From the NCBI GenBank assembly GCA_026770705.1, contig JANJGN010000026.1, positions 35,216,001-35,280,000 of the forward strand: 64,000 nt of DNA. The letters are read 5' to 3'. Of this stretch, positions 62,008 through 64,000 are shown piece by piece (positions within the stretch are counted from its first letter, which is position 1; each line of letters opens with the position of its first letter). The notes under the pieces were generated by a model, which did no database searches, was not told the origin of the DNA, and worked only from the letters and a program-made list of their open reading frames with translations. Source of the stretch: Isurus oxyrinchus (lineage: Eukaryota). A program made the position numbers and the translations under genes.

Positions 62008-62569
62008 CTACGGGGATATAACCGAGGAGATATAACTAGATTGATTATTAATCTAGGATATCATTTTTAAACATTTCCTTTACTCTTTCCTAAGTTATTA
62101 ATGTATTCCATGTTCAATGTATATCTCCTATTAAGTTCGTGACACTCGGTAACCCATCTCTGTAACTATCTCCACAGCCGTTCTCCCTTTACAATCTTTG
62201 TACAGCCCGTGTCGGAAAATATGGCAACTTTTCTCCAGTATCAGTTTATTTTCGAACAATTTCGTATGATCTATTATTGGAGAATATTATGATGGGTATC
62301 AGGAGAGATTCACTGAGCTACTTATTTGGAAACTGTGAATGTTGCTTTTTAAAAGCTCGGATGTGAGTTCCCATCTTGTTTATCTATTTGTGATGGGAAT
62401 ATTTGGTGCATCATTAACTTAAATCAGTTTCTCAGTAAGAGCATTTTTTCAGTGTGTTTATCGGGTTATTATGTAAAAGAGACAATTGCCGGAGGATATG
62501 CCATTAAAAAAGTCCATTTGAATTATACTTTCTTCAATAGTCTGGCGTTTGCGTTGTGCTTTAGCTTTT

Positions 62570-63680
62570 GTATGTGTGTGCATCAGTATCTCGCGCTTTG
62601 CATTACTGTTTGTTTGTGTGTCCATAGGTGTGCATGTGTGTTAATGTGTGTGTTCATGTGCCAATGAGTGCTGATTTGTGTATTTTTGTGTCTGCATCTT
62701 TACGTATATTTTGTTTTTCTGCTAATGTGGGTGTATGCGTGTGTTATTGTGTGTGTTTATGTCTTGATTTCCAAATTTACTTATTACTATCTGTGTAAAT
62801 GTGTATTTACCTGTTTAATGTGTGCCTGCTAATATGAGTGTTAATGTTTCTTTTTGTGTTCCACTTGTATGTCAGCATATTAATGTCTGGGTCACAGCGT
62901 CTGTGTGTGTGTGTGTGTATGCGCGTGTGTGTGTGACACAGCGAGAGAGAGAGTTTTTAATATGTGCATTTGTGTGTTGATCGATATTTAGAACTATGTA
63001 TCAATGTGTTTTTATGTTTTCATATGTACTAACGTGTGTTTTTGTTTTCTAGTGTGTATGAGTATATTCATATTTGTGTCTACATGTGTGTTTGTGAATG
63101 TGTTAGTCTGTTCTTCTGTGTTTTTGTGTCTGGGTGTCATCTGCTCATATGTGTGCATGTGTTAATGTGTGTCCATGCATTTGTTTTAATTTGTACGATA
63201 TGTGTGTCTTTATGTCTGGATTTATGTCATTGTGAACGTGTAATACTGCATATGCTAAAACTTACATTTGTTCTTTGTGTCCTTGTATGAGTCTGCCTGT
63301 GTGGTTTTATCTGTTTGTGTGTGTGTGATTGTGTATATGTGTGTGAGTGAGTGGGTCTGTGTGTGTATTTCTGCATGTGTGTGATTGTATGCGTGTGTAT
63401 TTCTGCATGTGTGTGATTGTGTGTACGTGTGTGTCTGTGTATGTTTGTGTGTCTGCACCCATGTGTTTGTGATTGTGCGCATATGTGTGCGCATGTGTAT
63501 GCACGTGTGTCTGTATTTGTCTATGTGTGTCTGCCTGTGTCTGCCTGTGTTTGTGTGGCTGCGCATGTGTGGGTGTAAATGTGTCTGCCTGTACCTGTGT
63601 GTGTTTGTCTGTGTGACTGTGCCTATGTGTGTGTGTACGCATGTTTGTGTCTGTCCATTTTTGTCAGCTGTGTGTGTTTT
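62570..63680. repeat. Degenerate (TG)n-rich tract, in the IgH intron upstream of TM1
   Basis: Direct reading; the ORFs here are low-complexity artefacts. Confidence 0.9.
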
Positions 63681-64000
63681 TACTATTTTCCCGAATTTTA
63701 CCAGTACCAATGATCGAGTCTGACCTTGATGTTGAAAATTTTGGTGAATATTTTCAATGTTCTGTGCATAAACATGTTTTCTGTGAGATGCAAGGTGATA
63801 TCAGGTGAACGAATGCAAACAATCAATCATGTGCCTCATAAGATTCAGGGACAGAACCTTGAACAACCCAGGGAGGATTCAATCACCAGTATAGATTCGG
63901 ATTATGGGAAATTAAGCTTAGCATAAGCTTAACAGGAACAAGAGTATTAAAACATCTTCAAATTATGTTGCATAAATATATGTTTTGCAACATCCTAAGC

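Noticed and set aside
63036-63723. His/Thr- and Cys/Val-rich ORFs; also the poly-Pro/Gly ORFs at 6615-6960
   Set aside because: Translations of (TG)n and poly-G low-complexity tracts.

Overview
This is vertebrate genomic DNA, almost certainly from a cartilaginous fish, judging by shark-type CR1, Penelope and SINE repeats and shark-type antigen-receptor segments. It contains three N gaps. 0-30 kb holds a field of about 12 TCR alpha/delta-type V segments in both orientations. Nearly all are pseudogenes; one is an intact V with a clean 23-RSS but lacks the canonical Cys23 and Trp41. An intact two-exon GPR139/142-like GPCR sits among them. 35-48 kb holds a decayed NAR-TCR cassette (IgNAR-like V, NAR-type J, leaderless supporting V-delta stub) that runs into a tandem array of 62-bp units each carrying a 23-RSS, plus a second truncated NAR-TCR V. 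48-60 kb holds LINEs and decayed tRNA genes. At 61.7-62.0 kb on the minus strand are intact IgH (IgM/IgNAR-type) transmembrane exons TM1 and TM2, so an IgH cluster directly abuts this TCR V field. All calls come from manual reading and translation; no database searches were run.
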